A DNA stretch of 64,000 nucleotides, from positions 66 through 64,065 of the forward strand of contig CAYUTQ010000010.1 in assembly GCA_964447805.1 (NCBI GenBank). Direction: 5' to 3'. This document shows positions 63,462 to 64,000 of the stretch, in pieces. The DNA is from an uncultured Clostridia bacterium (GTDB lineage: Bacteria; Bacillota; Clostridia; Tissierellales; DATGTQ01). Positions within the stretch are counted from its first letter, which is position 1, and each line of letters begins with the position of its first letter. The translations under genes were made by a program, and so were the position numbers. The notes below the pieces were generated by a model that was given only the letters and a program-made list of their open reading frames with translations, was not told where the DNA came from and searched no databases.

Positions 63462-64000
63462 TTGAAAGGTCAAAAACGAATCAGAGATTATGGAATAATT
63501 ATAGGAGAAATGGAACCTGGAAAAAGAAATTCTATTACTGATGTAGATGAGGTGTGTGTAGGACATATTACTTTGAATAACAGTAAAATAAAGACTGGCA
63601 TCACATCCATACTTCCTCATAAGGGAAATATTTTTAAAGACAAGGTAATAGGAGCTACTCACATAATAAATGGCTTTGGAAAATCTATAGGATTAGTACA
63701 AATAGATGAATTAGGTACAATTGAAACACCTATTATCCTAACTAATACCTTAAGTGTGGGAATAACTACTGATAGTTTAGTTAAATATATGCTAAAACAT
63801 AATGAAGATATCGGTCGAAAAGCTGGTACCATCAATCCTATAGTCTGTGAATGCAATGATGGATATTTAAATGATATTAGAAATATTTCTATTAAAAAAG
63901 AACATGTTTTTCAAGCTCTTGAAAAAGCAGATAAAACTTTTGAAGAAGGTTCTGTAGGTGCTGGAACAGGAATGATTTGTTATGGCTTAAAAGGAGGTAT
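63462..64000 (+). CDS. DmpA/P1 (S58) family aminopeptidase, 5' part (runs off the window)
   Basis: Not in the ORF track because it has no stop. TTG at 63462 follows SD G7. The translation LKGQKRIRDYGIIIGEMEPGKRNSITDV..VCVGH...GAGTGM matches the N-terminus of DmpA-type peptidases. Confidence 0.75.
   Translation, partial: MKGQKRIRDYGIIIGEMEPGKRNSITDVDEVCVGHITLNNSKIKTGITSILPHKGNIFKDKVIGATHIINGFGKSIGLVQIDELGTIETPIILTNTLSVGITTDSLVKYMLKHNEDIGRKAGTINPIVCECNDGYLNDIRNISIKKEHVFQALEKADKTFEEGSVGAGTGMICYGLKGG

Noticed and set aside
63360-63856. Two minus-strand ORFs (63360-63662 and 63659-63856) at the right edge
   Set aside because: They are antisense to a much better plus-strand reading frame (63462 to the window end) with clear DmpA/S58 peptidase similarity. 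That frame is missing from the ORF track only because it has no stop inside the window.

Overview
This is a strongly AT-rich chromosomal segment from a flagellated, endospore-forming low-GC Firmicute (Clostridia-like). About 90% of genes are on the minus strand. Gene order mirrors the origin-proximal B. subtilis block: comF-yvyF-flgM-flgN-flgK-flgL-yviE-fliW-csrA; metK; flhO/flhP-mbl-spoIIID-spoIIQ-spoIID-murAA-ywmB; the atp operon; tagO/mnaA; upp-rpiB-ywlE-ywlC; prfA-prmC; rpmE-rho; glpX-tal-fba; pyrG. The right-hand third is more variable. It holds a decayed ribokinase homologue, an orphan trpB, an SBP-VanZ pair, an HdeD-like gene, murJ-amidohydrolase-nhaC, a CheY-CheC-GGDEF operon, an IS scar, galE-galT and a partial DmpA-type peptidase. 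RNA and regulatory elements readable directly from the sequence are a SAM-I riboswitch (metK), a Trp-specific T-box (trpB), tRNA-Pro(UGG), two sigma-D promoters, several near-consensus sigma-A promoters and many intrinsic terminators. I found no CRISPR array, intact mobile element, prophage, toxin-antitoxin or recognisable defence cassette, so most of the window is ordinary core genome. The most unusual items are listed here. (1) A self-contained receiver / CheC-phosphatase / PAS-GGDEF tricistron with no kinase. (2) A complete Na+-binding signature in the ATP synthase c subunit. (3) Two ancient tandem FlgK paralogues. (4) A ribokinase homologue lacking the GAGD catalytic motif, whose stop codon shares a palindrome with the convergent trpB. 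(5) A strongly SD-driven 8-codon uORF ending UUU-UGG-UAA, with a 30-codon +1 frame, upstream of an orphan SBP gene. (6) A transposase/oxidoreductase scar downstream of a galK-less gal operon. All functional calls rest on motif reading and remembered family signatures. No database search was run.
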